A DNA stretch of 64,000 bases from Patescibacteria group bacterium (lineage in GTDB: Bacteria > Patescibacteriota > Gracilibacteria > BD1-5 > UBA6164). Both the position numbers and the translations under genes were made by a program. Where the stretch lies: contig JAVHSE010000023.1 in the NCBI GenBank assembly GCA_036172015.1, positions 42,266-106,265 of the forward strand. The letters run 5' to 3'. Of the stretch, positions 35,274 through 49,908 are shown one piece after another (the first letter of the stretch is position 1; each line of letters starts with the position of its first letter). The notes under the pieces are model-generated. The model did no database searches. It was not told the origin of the DNA and worked only from the letters and a program-made list of their open reading frames with translations.

Positions 35274-35447
35274 CAACAATATCAAGAGTAACACAGAAGA
35301 GATTAGGCTCGTTAGTATGTGTTCAGCAACCTTATAATTATATAAAAGGTGCTCATTCCTACCCGTTATGGGAAAGATATTTTAAGAAACCAAAAATTCT
35401 AAAAAATAATAAAACTTTCCCATAATTAAGGAAAGTTTTTATTTTTT
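35274..35447 (+). promoter_or_regulatory. SAM-I (S-box) riboswitch with intrinsic terminator, leader of metK
   Basis: Conserved blocks tatcaagag, agcaacc, aaggtgctcattcc and gaaagatatt. P1 is aatatc(35278-83)/gatatt(35376-81). Terminator aaaactttcc-N9-ggaaagtttt plus T-tract at 35411-35447. atgggaaag (35368-76) can instead pair with ctttcccat (35415-23) as an antiterminator. Confidence 0.75.
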
Positions 35448-35462
35448 ATAACTTTTTTCATT

Positions 35463-36596
35463 ATGTTACAATATATTACGAGTGAATCCGTTACTTCTGG
35501 ACATCCAGATAAAATTTGTGATCAAGTATCTGATGCTATTTTAGATGCATGTTTAACTCAAGATCCTTATTCAAGAGTAGGATGTGAATGTTTAGCAGCG
35601 AATGATAATCTCGTTATTGCCGGGGAAATTACTACCAAAGCCAATGTTGATTATGTTAAAATAGCAAAAGAAACACTCAAAAAAATCGGATATGATAGTG
35701 ATGAAAAATACTATAATGCTGATAAAGTAAATTACTATAATTTCGTACACACTCAATCAAGAGATATCGCACAAGGAGTAGATACTGGTTGAGCTGGAGA
35801 TCAAGGGATTATGTATGGATATGCAACGAATGAAACTTCAAATTATCTCCCCCTTCCCATTGCTATCGCTCATACTCTTGGGAGAAGACTTGAAGAAGTA
35901 AGAAGAACTGGAGAAATCAATTATGTGTACCCAGATGGAAAGACACAAGTTACCGTGATTTATAATGAAACAGGAAAAGCTATCTGAGTTGATACTGTTC
36001 TTATTTCAACTCAACATGCACTTTGAGTAGATCAAGAAGTTTTGAAAAAAGATTTGATAGCAAAAGTTATTACTCCTGTTTTGAAATATTTTTGATATGA
36101 TATTACTGATGTAGCACATATTTATACCAACCCAACTGGAATATTCAATATAGGTTGACCTGTTTGAGATAGTGGGCTTACTGGAAGAAAAATAATTATT
36201 GATACCTATGGATGAGTTGGAAGACATGGATGAGGTGCTTTTTCTGGAAAAGATCCAACAAAGGTAGATAGGTCATGAGCTTATATAGCGAGATATTTAG
36301 CAAAAAATATTGTTGCTTCAGGAGTATGCGAAAGATGTGAAATCCAACTTTCTTATGCTATCTGAATAGCAAATCCTACGAGTATTTATGTAGATACTTT
36401 TGGAACTCATAAAGTTCCGGTAGAAAATATCATCAATACGGTAAAAGAGAATTTTGATCTTTCACCAGCAGGAATCATAAAAAAACTTGATTTAAGAAAA
36501 CCTATTTTTTCTCAAACTTCTACATATTGACATTTTGGAAAAGATTGACTTTCTTGGGAAGCACTTGATAGTATTGAAATATTTAAAAAAATATAA
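35463..36596 (+). CDS. metK: S-adenosylmethionine synthase
   Basis: 377 aa. [23 protein letters not shown] and GVDTG-[TGA][14 protein letters not shown] 35790-35792 sits on the first Gly of the invariant GAGDQG. Confidence 0.95.
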
Positions 36597-36630
36597 TTCA
36601 ATCTAACACTAAATGTTTATGCCATAAATT

Positions 36631-38343
36631 ATGCTAAAAAATATAAAAAGATTTTTTGAACCGATTCTTATAGAACCAAAATATTTTTATAAAACTATTA
36701 TAACTCGGATTATTCAGTGATTTGCTGGAGTATTTAATATTTTTATGATTAAAGATATTATTTCTATGCTGGAAATGAAGCATATTACTGACCTTTCCAC
36801 TTATATTTGGTTGTATGGAATAGTAAATATTATTTTATTTATACTTATTTTTCTTTGTAGAAATTGGTCTTGGGGAGAATCAGCACAACATATTTTCAAA
36901 ATGATTCATCGCATGTATATAAAAGAATTTAATACTATTGATAATACCTATATTGAAAATATTGGAACTGGGAAAATTGTTTCTATATATGGAAAGTGAA
37001 GTTATACTTGGGTAACTTTTATATTAGATTTTTTTGAAATATCTATTAAATTAATTTTTTCTCTTTGAGCAAGTTTTATTTTACTCTTCAGTATTGGAAA
37101 TATTTATATTATTATTTTTTTTCTTATTTTTATTTGAGTTCATATTTTAATATATTTTTTAAATCAAAAAGCAAAAGAGTGGAGAAAAGGCAGAATTGAT
37201 ATGATGATAGAATACGATAAACAAATGGTAAAAATAATTATGTCCAAGTTTGAAATATTACAAAATAACAAAATTGACCAGGAAATAAAAGTTTTAGATA
37301 CTTATATTGATACAGCGAAATATTATAATTTATGACTGAATAACTATTTGGTTACGATGATAAATATTCCAAATATTGTATTTTTTGTTTTTTCACTCTG
37401 ATTACTCATCACTTTTTCAAAAATAAATATTTCTTTCTCAACTATTATTTCACTTTTTATGATTTTATGATTATTAAAAGAAAATATGTATTCATCTATT
37501 AATTTCTTTAAAAATTTTACGAAAGATATCTATCAAATTCAAAAACTTTGGTCTCTTTTTGATGATGCTCCAAGAATACTCGGGCTGACTACTGGAAAAG
37601 ATTTTATATATACATGATGAAATATAGAAATAAAAAATCTTACTTTTTTATATGGAGAAAATACAGTATTTGAAAATTTTTCTATTATTATTCCATGATG
37701 AAAAAAAATAGCATTGGTTTGAGCGAGTTGATGATGAAAAACTACGTTAGTAAAACTGATATCTTGATTTTTGTCTCCAAATAATTGAGATATAATGGTA
37801 GATTTACAAAAATTAAGTGGAATAAATCTTCAGTCATATTATAAGAATATTTGATATCTTACACAAGAACCATCTGTTTTTGATGGAAGTATTTTAGAAA
37901 ATTTAACCTATGGAATTGATGAAAATAATATTGATGAAACACTTTTAAAAGAAGCAATACAAAATGCGAAATGTGAGTTTATTTACGATTTTAAAGATGG
38001 ATTAGAAACACAAATTTGAGAAAGATGAGTCAGACTTTCTGGATGACAAAAACAAAGACTTGCGATTGCAAAACTTTTTATCAAAAATCCACAAATTATT
38101 ATATTGGATGAACCAACATCAGCACTTGATAGTTTTTCAGAAGAATCTATTAGAATATCATTTGAAAAATTATTTCAAGGAAAAACAGTTTTTATTATTG
38201 CTCATAGATTGCAAACCGTAAAAACAGCTGATGATATTATTGTTTTTGAAAATGGACAAATGTTAGAAAGAGGGAATCATGAAAAATTGATACAAGAAAA
38301 TGGATATTATAAAAAAATGCTCGATTTACAAAGCTGATTTTAG
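36631..38343 (+). CDS. ABC exporter, fused permease/ATPase (MsbA/MdlB-like), paralog 1
   Basis: 570 aa. P-loop LVGASGGGKTT encoded tga-gcg-agt-tga-tga-tga at 37720-37737, LSGGQKQRLAIAK, ILDEPTSALD. Ends ..LDLQS-[TGA]-F*. Confidence 0.9.
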
Positions 38344-38364
38344 TTTAAAATTTTACATAATATT

Positions 38365-40089
38365 ATGAAACAATATACATTTTTAGAAACATTACAGATA
38401 TTTTTATCTCCCATGAAAGAAAATAAAAAACTTCTTTCTTTTTCTCTCACATTCTTTTTATCAGATGCTATTACGAATATATGACTTTTGTATTTATTTA
38501 AAATAATTGTTGATGATATTGCACTCGGAATAAATATATATTTTTATGTATTTATTTTCTTTGTAGGGATCAAATTTTTGATAATTATTTATTTTAGAAA
38601 TTTTTTTGGAACATTTTATCCAGAAATGAGAAAATATTTTTACAATAAATATTTACATGAATACTTACAACTCGATAATAATAAATCAGAACTTCATGGA
38701 ACCGGAAAAGTGATTAGTGTAGTGGAGAAATCAACTATGGTTTGGCTCGAACAATTGGCGAATTTTTTTAAAGATTTTATTGGATGAATATTGAATATAA
38801 CTTTGTCTTTATTAATTGTATTTTCAATAAATTATTATTATGGATGTATCATTCTTTTTCTTATCATAATGATTTTTATTATTACTATAATAATTCAAAA
38901 AGTGAATAGGAAATATAGACTGGAAAGAAGAGAATTAAATATTGATATTAGTAAAAAAATAGTGAATTTAATCATATCAAAATTTGAGATTCTGCAGAAT
39001 TTTAAATGAAAATCAGAAGTAAATAAAATAGTTTCTATACTGGAAAAAAATAAACAGGCAAATTCTAAAATGTCCAATAACGATGTATATTTAGGATTAT
39101 TTTCCAATTTTATTATTTATGCTACCAGAATATGAGTAATAGTACTCTTTGTATACGGATTTGATAGAGGATTACTTTCTATGTGAGAATTTATAATATT
39201 TGTATCATTTACCTATATTTTAGAAAAATCCCTTACTGGTCTTACTTCTATGTATACAAATTTTAGTAATAATCTGGTTGATATAGAAAAAGTTTGGGAA
39301 TTTTTTGACTGAGAATCAAAAATTATTTGATACGAAGAGTGAAATGAATTCAAATATGAAAATGGAAATATTGAAATAAAAAACTTAAATTTTTATTATT
39401 ATGAAGGAAAAAATATTTTTTCAAATTTTAACTTACCTATTGCAGGTTGAAAAGTAACAGCATTTGTTGGAAATAGTGGAAGTGGAAAATCAACACTGGT
39501 AAAACTTATTTCTTGATATATTAGAGCAAATTCATGAGATATTATAGTTGACTGACAAAAAATAAGTGAAACTTCTTTAAAAAGTTATTATAAAAATATT
39601 TGATATCTTACTCAAGAACCATCAGTTTTTGATGGAACTATTTTAGAAAATCTTACTTATGCGATATCAAGAGAGTTAAAACCTTGAGAACTCGATAGAG
39701 TAATCAGCCAATCAAAATGTGAGTTTATCTATGAATTACCACAAAAAGAGTTTTCACATATTTGAGAAAGATGAGTAAAACTTTCTGGGTGACAAAAACA
39801 AAGACTCGCTATTGCCAAAATTATGCTCAAAGATCCACATATTATTATTCTTGATGAACCAACCTCGGCACTCGATAGTTTTAGCGAAGAACAAATCACT
39901 AATGCTATGAATAATCTTTTTAAAGATAAAACGGTTATTATAGTAGCTCATAGACTTCAAACCGTGAAACATGCTGATAATATAATAGTGCTTGATAATG
40001 GACAAGTAGTAGAAGAATGAAATCATAAAACTCTTATACATAAGAATTGAATTTATAAAAAAATGCTTGATTTACAAAGTGGGTTTTAA
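38365..40089 (+). CDS. ABC exporter, fused permease/ATPase, paralog 2
   Basis: 574 aa. P-loop [11 protein letters not shown] and ILDEPTSALD. Ends ..LDLQSGF* with GGG at 40081-40083, aligned to the TGA of paralog 1. Confidence 0.9.
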
Positions 40090-40180
40090 AAAATACATCT
40101 CAATACTACTCATTGCCAAAAATTTGCATTTTATCTAAAAATCATATAATAATCGGGATTTTAAATTTTAACTATAAAAA

Positions 40181-41632
40181 ATGGCAAACGAAACGGTCAT
40201 CAATTTTAAATGAGTAGAATTTTTTTATGATTTTAGAAAACCTATTTTAGAAGATGCTACTTTCAATGTAAGAGCAGGATCAAAATTAACGATTATGTGA
40301 CAAAATTGAGCTGGAAAATCAACTATTTTTAAATTGATCAACGGAACTTTAGAAAAAAAATCAGGAATTATCAATATTGATAAACAAGCGACTATTGCTA
40401 CTTGATATCAAGTCATATTAGCAGAAGATAAAGAATTAACCATACAAGCTTTTTTTAGAAAATATTTTGTAGACAAAGCTGTTTTTAATATCGATAAACA
40501 AATTGCTGAGATTCTTGATGTAGTAAATTTAAAAGCACCTCTTGATAAAAAAATTGCATCATTTTCATGATGACAACAAGCAAGACTTCTTTTAGCAGCA
40601 GCACTCATTCAAAATCCTGATATTTTACTTTTGGATGAACCAACAAATAATCTAGATAAAGAATGAATTTGGCATTTAACGACATTTTTACAAAATTATA
40701 AAAAAACAGTTTTGGTTATTTCTCACGATGCTGAATTTCTGAATAGTTTTACTGATGGAGTTATTTATCTTGATGTTCATACAAAAACTACTGAACAATT
40801 TATTTGAGATTATCATGATGTAGTTGAACAAATTAAAAGAAAAATAGAAAAAGATAATATGGCAAATGCTCGTCTTGCCAAAGAAGCACAAGCAAAAAAA
40901 GAACAAGCAAATGTTTTTGCTCATAAATGATGAAAACTCAGACTTGTAGCAAAAAAAATGAGAGAAGCTGCTGAAGAAATGGAAGACGATATGGTGGATA
41001 GTAGAAAAGAAGATAAAACGATTCGTGAATTTAGTATTCCTCTTCAAGAAGATATTGGATGAGTCTTACTGAAAATACACTCTGTTCATATTATTAGACA
41101 TAATGAAGTAACAATAAAAGATATAGAAGTAAATATCAGAAAAAATGATCACCTGCTTTTAAGTGGGCCAAATGGTATAGGAAAATCTACCCTTCTTGAA
41201 AAAATTGTAAATGGTGATGAGACTGGATGTACATTGACTTCTGGAATCAAAATTTGATATTATAGACAAGATTTTTCCAATCTTGATTTTAATCAAACCG
41301 TATATGATTGTTTTATAGAAGCAACTCAATGAGCTATGTTAGAGCAAGATTTAAGAAGTACAGCTGCATGATTTTTGATTACTGGAGAAATTATGAAAAC
41401 TCGTATTTGAGATCTCTCAGAAGGACAAAAATGACTCGTTGCATTTTGTAGATTGGTATTTTTAAAGCCAGGAATGCTTATTTTGGATGAACCAACGAAT
41501 CATATAAATTTTAGACATATCCCAGTAATAGCAAAAGCTCTTGATGAATTTGAATGAGGAATGATATTAGTCAGCCATGTGGATGAATTTGTTTGGCAAA
41601 TTAGAATCGATCAATATTTAGATTTAGATTAA
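40181..41632 (+). CDS. ABC-F family ATPase (two NBDs, no TM domain)
   Basis: 483 aa. GQNGAGKST and GPNGIGKST P-loops, two LSGGQ/LSEGQ signatures, and a charged linker between the NBDs. Confidence 0.85.
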
Positions 41633-41657
41633 AAAGGAAGATGCTATCTTCCTTTTT
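41631..41657 (+). terminator. Rho-independent terminator after the ABC-F gene
   Basis: aaaaaggaagat-gct-atcttccttttt. Confidence 0.65.
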
Positions 41658-41679
41658 CACAAGAGAGAAAGTATTAATA

Positions 41680-42366
41680 ATGACAAATATGAAAATTACG
41701 GATCAACTTTCCGTTTGATGGAAAAAAAAATTCAAACCAGAATTTGAAAAAGATTATTTTTTAGAAATAAAAAAGCAAATAGTATCTGACATCAATCTTT
41801 GAGAAACTATTTATCCACCACTAGAAAAAATTTTTTTTGCTTTTGAAAAAACTTCATTTGATGATCTGAAAGTAGTCATTTTATGACAAGATCCATATCA
41901 TGGAAATGGACAAGCTCATGGTCTCAGTTTCTCTGTACCAGATTGAATTATCCCACCACCAAGTTTAAAAAATATTTATAAAGAACTTCGTAATGATTTG
42001 GGTTTTGATATACCAAATTGATGAAATTTAGAGAAATGGACGAGTCAATGAATTTTACTCCTCAATGCTATACTTACCGTAAAAGCTTGAATTCCAGCCA
42101 GTCATTCTCACATAGGTTGGGAAACTTTTACCGATGAAATCATAAAATATATTTCAGATGAAAAAGAAAATATTATTTTTATACTTTGGGGAAATTTTGC
42201 AAAAAGTAAAAAACAATTTATTGATGAAAAAAAACATTTTATTATAAAATCAGCTCATCCATCTCCATTTTCAGCTTACAACTGATTTTTTGGAAGTAAA
42301 CCTTTTTCAAAGACAAATGAGATATTAAAAAGTATTTGAAAAAAAGAAATTGATTGGAAATTATAA
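41680..42366 (+). CDS. ung: Uracil-DNA glycosylase (family 1)
   Basis: 228 aa. [21 protein letters not shown] (the G before QDPYH is TGA), LLLNAILTV and AHPSPFSA. Confidence 0.9.
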
Positions 42367-42383
42367 TACATAACTCAAAACAA

Positions 42384-43082
42384 ATGAGACTCGATAGATT
42401 TATAGTTCACTTATGATATGGATCAAGAAAACAAGTAGCAAAATATATAAAAGATGGAATTGTTGGAGTAAATGAAGAAATTATATACAATAAAGATTTT
42501 GAAATTACATTTTGAGATATGATAAATATAGGAGAAGAATCTATTGAATATAAAGAATTTATTTATGTTATTTTAAATAAACCTACCTGATATATTTCCA
42601 GTAAAAAAGCTGAATGATGACATAAATCATATCTTGATTTACTCGATGACTGCCCATATGGAAAAATAATTGATATTGTTGGGAGACTTGATTTTGATAC
42701 AACGGGTTTAATATTTCTTACCAATGATTGAGAAATGACTCATAAAGTTATTCATCCAAAAAAAGATATTTTTAAAAAATATTATGTAAAATCTCATCTT
42801 TCTCTGAGTGATAAAGATAGAATAAAACTTGAATCCGGAGTAAAAATTGATGATTTTCTAACCAAGCCTGCGAAAGTAGAAATAATCAGTGAAAAAGAAA
42901 TATATCTGAGTATTTCTGAGTGAAAATTCCATCAAATAAAAAAAATGTTAGAAGCTATTTGAAATAGTGTTGTAGAGTTACAAAGAGTCAGTATTGGTTA
43001 TTTAGAACTTTGAGACTTAGAACTTTGAGAATGGAGATATCTCTATGGAGAAGAATTGATAAATTTTAAAAAAATGCTCTAA
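42384..43082 (+). CDS. Pseudouridine synthase, RsuA/RluB family (S4 domain plus catalytic domain)
   Basis: 232 aa. MRLDRFIVHLGYGSRKQ (S4), VGRLDFDTTGLIFLTNDG (catalytic Asp), FHQIKKM. Confidence 0.8.
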
Positions 43083-43098
43083 AAGAGAGCATTTTTTT
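43068..43098 (+). terminator. Rho-independent terminator
   Basis: aaaaaaatgctct-aaaag-agagcattttttt. Confidence 0.65.
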
Positions 43099-43207
43099 AA
43101 AATTATGAATTTTTTCCCTTAAAAAAGAGAAAAACTCATAATTTTTTCTTGATTTAAATGAAAAAATAAATATATTAAAAAAGTATTTTACTATTTAAAT
43201 TTTTCAA

Positions 43208-45817
<2,610 letters not shown>

Positions 45818-45863
45818 TTCTATTCTTTTCATATTAAAATCTTTAATTATTATTAATATTAAT

Positions 45864-46421
45864 ATGTATAAAATTACCAGAGAGGAGGCATCAAATTTAT
45901 TAAATATGTCAACCAGAAGTATTGATAGATATATACGAGCTTGAAAACTCAGATCTAAAAAAGATGGAAAAATAGTATATATTCATCATGATGATGTGAA
46001 TAATTTTTTATCTTGATGAAAGAAAAAACAAGAAATTATTTATGGAAATATGAGGAATAATGAATTTAAAACAGAAATTCCAACGACTTTATTACCAGAA
46101 AATTTACATATTATGAATATTTTTGATAGCTTACGATCAGAAATAAAGCAAAAAGATGAAGAAATAAAAGAAATGAGTATAAGAATCTGACAAATGCAGG
46201 AAATAGTCAATAATTCTATTTCATTATTAGATTTCAAAAAAACTCAATTTTTACTCGAAGAATCAAAAAGTTCTCTTTCTTCTGATTTAGAAAATATAAA
46301 AAAAGAATTAGATAATAAAAATATTTTATTAAAAGAAGAAAAAAATCTTAATTTTATACTTATTTTTATATCTTTTATAGTTTTTTTTACTCTTGTGCTT
46401 ATTTGGTTTATAAAAATTTAA
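45864..46421 (+). CDS. HTH (excisionase/MerR-like) - coiled-coil - C-terminal TM protein
   Basis: 185 aa. ITREEASNLLNMSTRSIDRYIRAGKLRS is HTH-like. C-terminal TM FILIFISFIVFFTLVLIWFI. Confidence 0.5.
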
Positions 46422-46451
46422 CATATGAATAATAATTTTATTATTCATATT

Positions 46452-46526
46452 CTGTTCTCATAGTTCAACGGATAGAATAGTCCCCTCCTAAGGGACAGAT
46501 GCTGGTTCGATTCTAGCTGGGAATAC
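46452..46526 (+). tRNA. tRNA-Arg (anticodon CCU), CCA encoded
   Basis: Manual fold: acceptor gttctca/tgggaat (two G-U pairs including 1-72), D arm gttc-aacggata-gaat, anticodon arm gtccc-CTCCTAA-gggac, variable agat, T arm gctgg-ttcgatt-ctagc, then A-CCA. Confidence 0.8.
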
Positions 46527-46529
46527 CAC

Positions 46530-46574
46530 TTTTAAGATAAAAATAAAGGAGCTTAGCTCCTTTATTTTTATCTT
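46530..46574. terminator. 21-bp perfect inverted repeat between tRNA-Arg and the pheT 3' end
   Basis: ttaagataaaaataaaggagc-tta-gctcctttatttttatcttaa. The right arm contains the pheT stop codon. Confidence 0.7.
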
Positions 46575-48904
46575 AAAATTCATCATTTTTTTTCAACTTT
46601 TGAAATAATTTCTTTCATTATACCCAACTTGACTTCATCTTTTAATGTTTCTGTCATCGATTGGATATAAATTTTAAAACTTAAACTTCTCTTTCCAGGA
46701 AGTTTTTCTTCATTTTCATATATATCAAAAAGTTCAACTTTTTTAATGAGTTCTTTATTCGTTCCAAGTATAGTGAGATATATTTCTCTTCCGTGAATTT
46801 TTTTATCTACCACAAATGATAAATCAAAATTATTTTCTTGAAAATTTGATAATTCTTTTGCTTTTACTTTATTATAAATAGTGGGTAATAATTTTGATAC
46901 TTCTATATCAAAAAATCCAATTCTCTCTGAAATACCAAATCTTTTTGCAATACTTGGATGAATTTCTCCAACATATCACACTTCTTTTCCTCTTACTATT
47001 ATTTTAGCAACTCTTCCAGAATGTGCATAACTCGGATGTTTTTCACAAAATGTAAAGTAAAAATTATCTACAAATATCGTTTTTAAAAAATCACTTACTC
47101 ATTTTTGAATATCATAATATACTATTTCTTTTATTGAAATCATAACTCAAGATAATCTATAATCTTCGGTAATATTGGTACCATCTTTATAAAAAACTTT
47201 TTCTATTTCAAATAATTTTATATTTTTTCTTTCTCTAATATTATCCTCTAATCACACCATTAAATTTGGAATTAAACTATTTTTCATATGGGTAGCATCT
47301 TCACTGAGAGAATTTTTTAAATCAACACATTCTGAAATATTCATATTCAATTTTTCGAGTAAATTTTTATTTACAAAAGAATAATTATATACCTCAAAAA
47401 ATCATCTATCAGTAAAAAATTTTTTTGAATCTTTTTTAAAAATATAAATTGGATCTTGAATAATAGCTCATAAATTTACTCTTGGAATCGTTGGTATTAT
47501 TTTATCATATCCATCTATTCTGGCAATTTCTTCAGCAATATCAGCTTTGGTAGTTAATTCTTTCCTCCAAAAAGGAATAATAAGTTCATTTCCATTTTTT
47601 TGAATTCAAAGATGATGTAAAATATCTATCACATAGGATTCTTCATAATGAGCTCCTATTAAATTATTATAAAATGATAAATCAAATTCTTGTTTTATTA
47701 CAGGTTGTTTTTTTATATAGCTATCAAAATAACCTTCTATTTTTAATTGAGGAAATTCTTTTAATAATTCATTATAAATGAGACTCGTAGCATAACTTGC
47801 GAGATCAGTTAAAATATCTTTTTCAAATACATTGAGAGCATCAGTTCTTACTCATAATCTTTTTCCAGTCATTCTTAAAATAGCTTGATCAAAATGAGCT
47901 GTTTCAATGATTATATTTTTTGTTTGATCAGATACTGCACTTGATTTTCATCAAATAATTCCAGCAAGAGCTAATACTTTTGTATTATCTGCAATAACAA
48001 TATCTTTTTCACTGAGTTCATATACATTATTATCGAGTGCTTCTAAACTTTCTCATGTGCGAGCAAATCTTATGGTAATATATCAATCAATACAATCAGC
48101 ATCAAATATATGGGCAGGTTGCCCGTAAAAATAGAGTGAATAATTTGATACATCAACCAAGAGTCATCTTACTTCATGTCAAGCAGATTCAATAATAGTT
48201 TTTATTTCATCTCTTGAAATCACATTTCAAACTCAAGAAATTTTTAATAAACTATATCTTTTTACTACTTCAGGTAATTCGTTTATTGCTTTTAGTTTTG
48301 GTATATTTGAAAAGTCCATTGTTTTATATTCATGTCAAAAATCTTTCCCATAAATAGTAGCAAGTTCTCTTCATATCCCCATATAAGAAAACATATCTGG
48401 TCTATGATTAATAGCTTTATTATCTATTTCCAAAATTTCATCATTTTTTCCTAAATACTCTCTCAAATTTATTCATAGTGGGGTATCTTTCGGTAACTCC
48501 CGAATTCAGTCTTGTCTTTGTTCTATTAATCCAAGTTCATCTAAACTACAAATCATTCACTCCGAAATTTCTCATCTGATTTTTGTTTTTTGTATTATCA
48601 TTTCAGAACTTAATTGAGCTCATACTATAGCTATTGGAACTTTTATACCAGCTTTCACATTTGAAGCTCAACAAATAATTTGTTTCGTTTCTCACAAAAT
48701 AGAAACTTGACAAATATGTAATTTTTCACTTTCAGGATGTTTTATACATGAAATCACTTCTCCGACATATACATTTTTGAGATTTTCATTTTGCATAATA
48801 ATTTCTTCTACTTCAGCTGTGTGCATAATTAACTTTTGAGCTGTTGTATTTGAATTTTCTAAATATGGTACATATTTTTTTAATATTTTATAAGAAACTT
48901 TCAT
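46568..48904 (-). CDS. pheT: Phenylalanine--tRNA ligase beta subunit
   Basis: 778 aa. N-terminal tRNA-binding domain MKVSYKILKKYVPYLE...VGEVISCIKHPESEKLHICQV. C-terminus ..SKVEKKGGILR* uses TGA-TGA at 46580-46585. Confidence 0.9.
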
Positions 48905-49013
48905 TGGTACTTATCTTAAAGAATTAAAATTTGAAATGAGAATATGAAAAAATACAATAAAATCAAGAAAATATACAAAAAATAAAGAGCATTTCTATAT
49001 ATACTCTTTATTT

Positions 49014-49571
49014 TTACTTTGATAAAAGATCTTTTAATTCAAATATATTTCTCTCAATTATAGGCTTTACTTCTTCAAAAATCCAATTACGATTGATAGA
49101 TTCTAATTCATTAATACTGAGTTTTGTATTATTTACACATAAATAATATATGTTATTTATATTTCCAATCATATCAAAACTTGATCATTCAGCTTGAGTT
49201 ATATATTGCCAATCTCATATATTAAAAGTATTTCAAATAATTGCTAATTCTTCAAATTCACTATTTTCTATAGCAGACTCTTCTTGATCTCTTAATGAAA
49301 AATCATACACTGGAGTAAATATTTCATCTTTTTTTTCAATAATTATAATTTCATCAAAACAACGAGTTAATTGTATAAATTGTAAAGATATATAATCAAG
49401 TTCTTCTGTAATTTTATCAGGGAAAGAACTTATAAACATTCTTCTTCTAAAAGAAAGTTTTTTTTGAATTAATGGTGCGATTTGTGATTGTATAATTCAT
49501 CTGGTTTCATCTATTTTGTTTTTTCAATATGGTTGAGGTACACTATTATTTTGATATTCTTCTATAATCAT
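49014..49571 (-). CDS. Hypothetical protein
   Basis: 185 aa in code 25, with no recognisable motif. Preceded downstream by hairpin aataaagag-N14-ctctttatt. Confidence 0.45.
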
Positions 49572-49908
49572 TTGATTCTATTATTATAATTTAAAATTAT
49601 TATTTGCCACTTCATTTTACTTAATAAATATATAAATCAAATATAAAAAGAAATACTTTGAATATAGTAAAATAGTAAGATGTATAGTAATACCTTTTCA
49701 ATGTCTTCATAGTATTATGGTTCAGTATAGCAGAAACATTGAGAACTTTCTTTGTAAAAAACCCTGATTTTACTCTACCTAATCAGTATAACCAAGGTTT
49801 TAACGAGTATTATAAGTATAGATGAAAGCCAAAAGAATTTTATAGTAAATCTAAGAAAATGTAGCTTTAATCATATAGTTACTTTTTGTTTATTTATATA
49901 AGCATATT

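Noticed and set aside
35154-35294. N-terminal extension of the NUDIX ORF (standard-code ORF 35055-35294).
   Set aside because: The extension is hydrophobic low-complexity sequence, would overlap the start of the metK riboswitch leader (35274-35294), and an internal ATG at 35153 gives a normal-length Nudix protein.
46452-46526. That this tRNA might be the UGA-reading tRNA-Gly(UCA) of code 25, or a tRNA-Gly(UCC).
   Set aside because: With the 5-bp stem gtccc/gggac the 7-nt loop is CTCCTAA, which places CCT at positions 34-36 (Arg, codon AGG).
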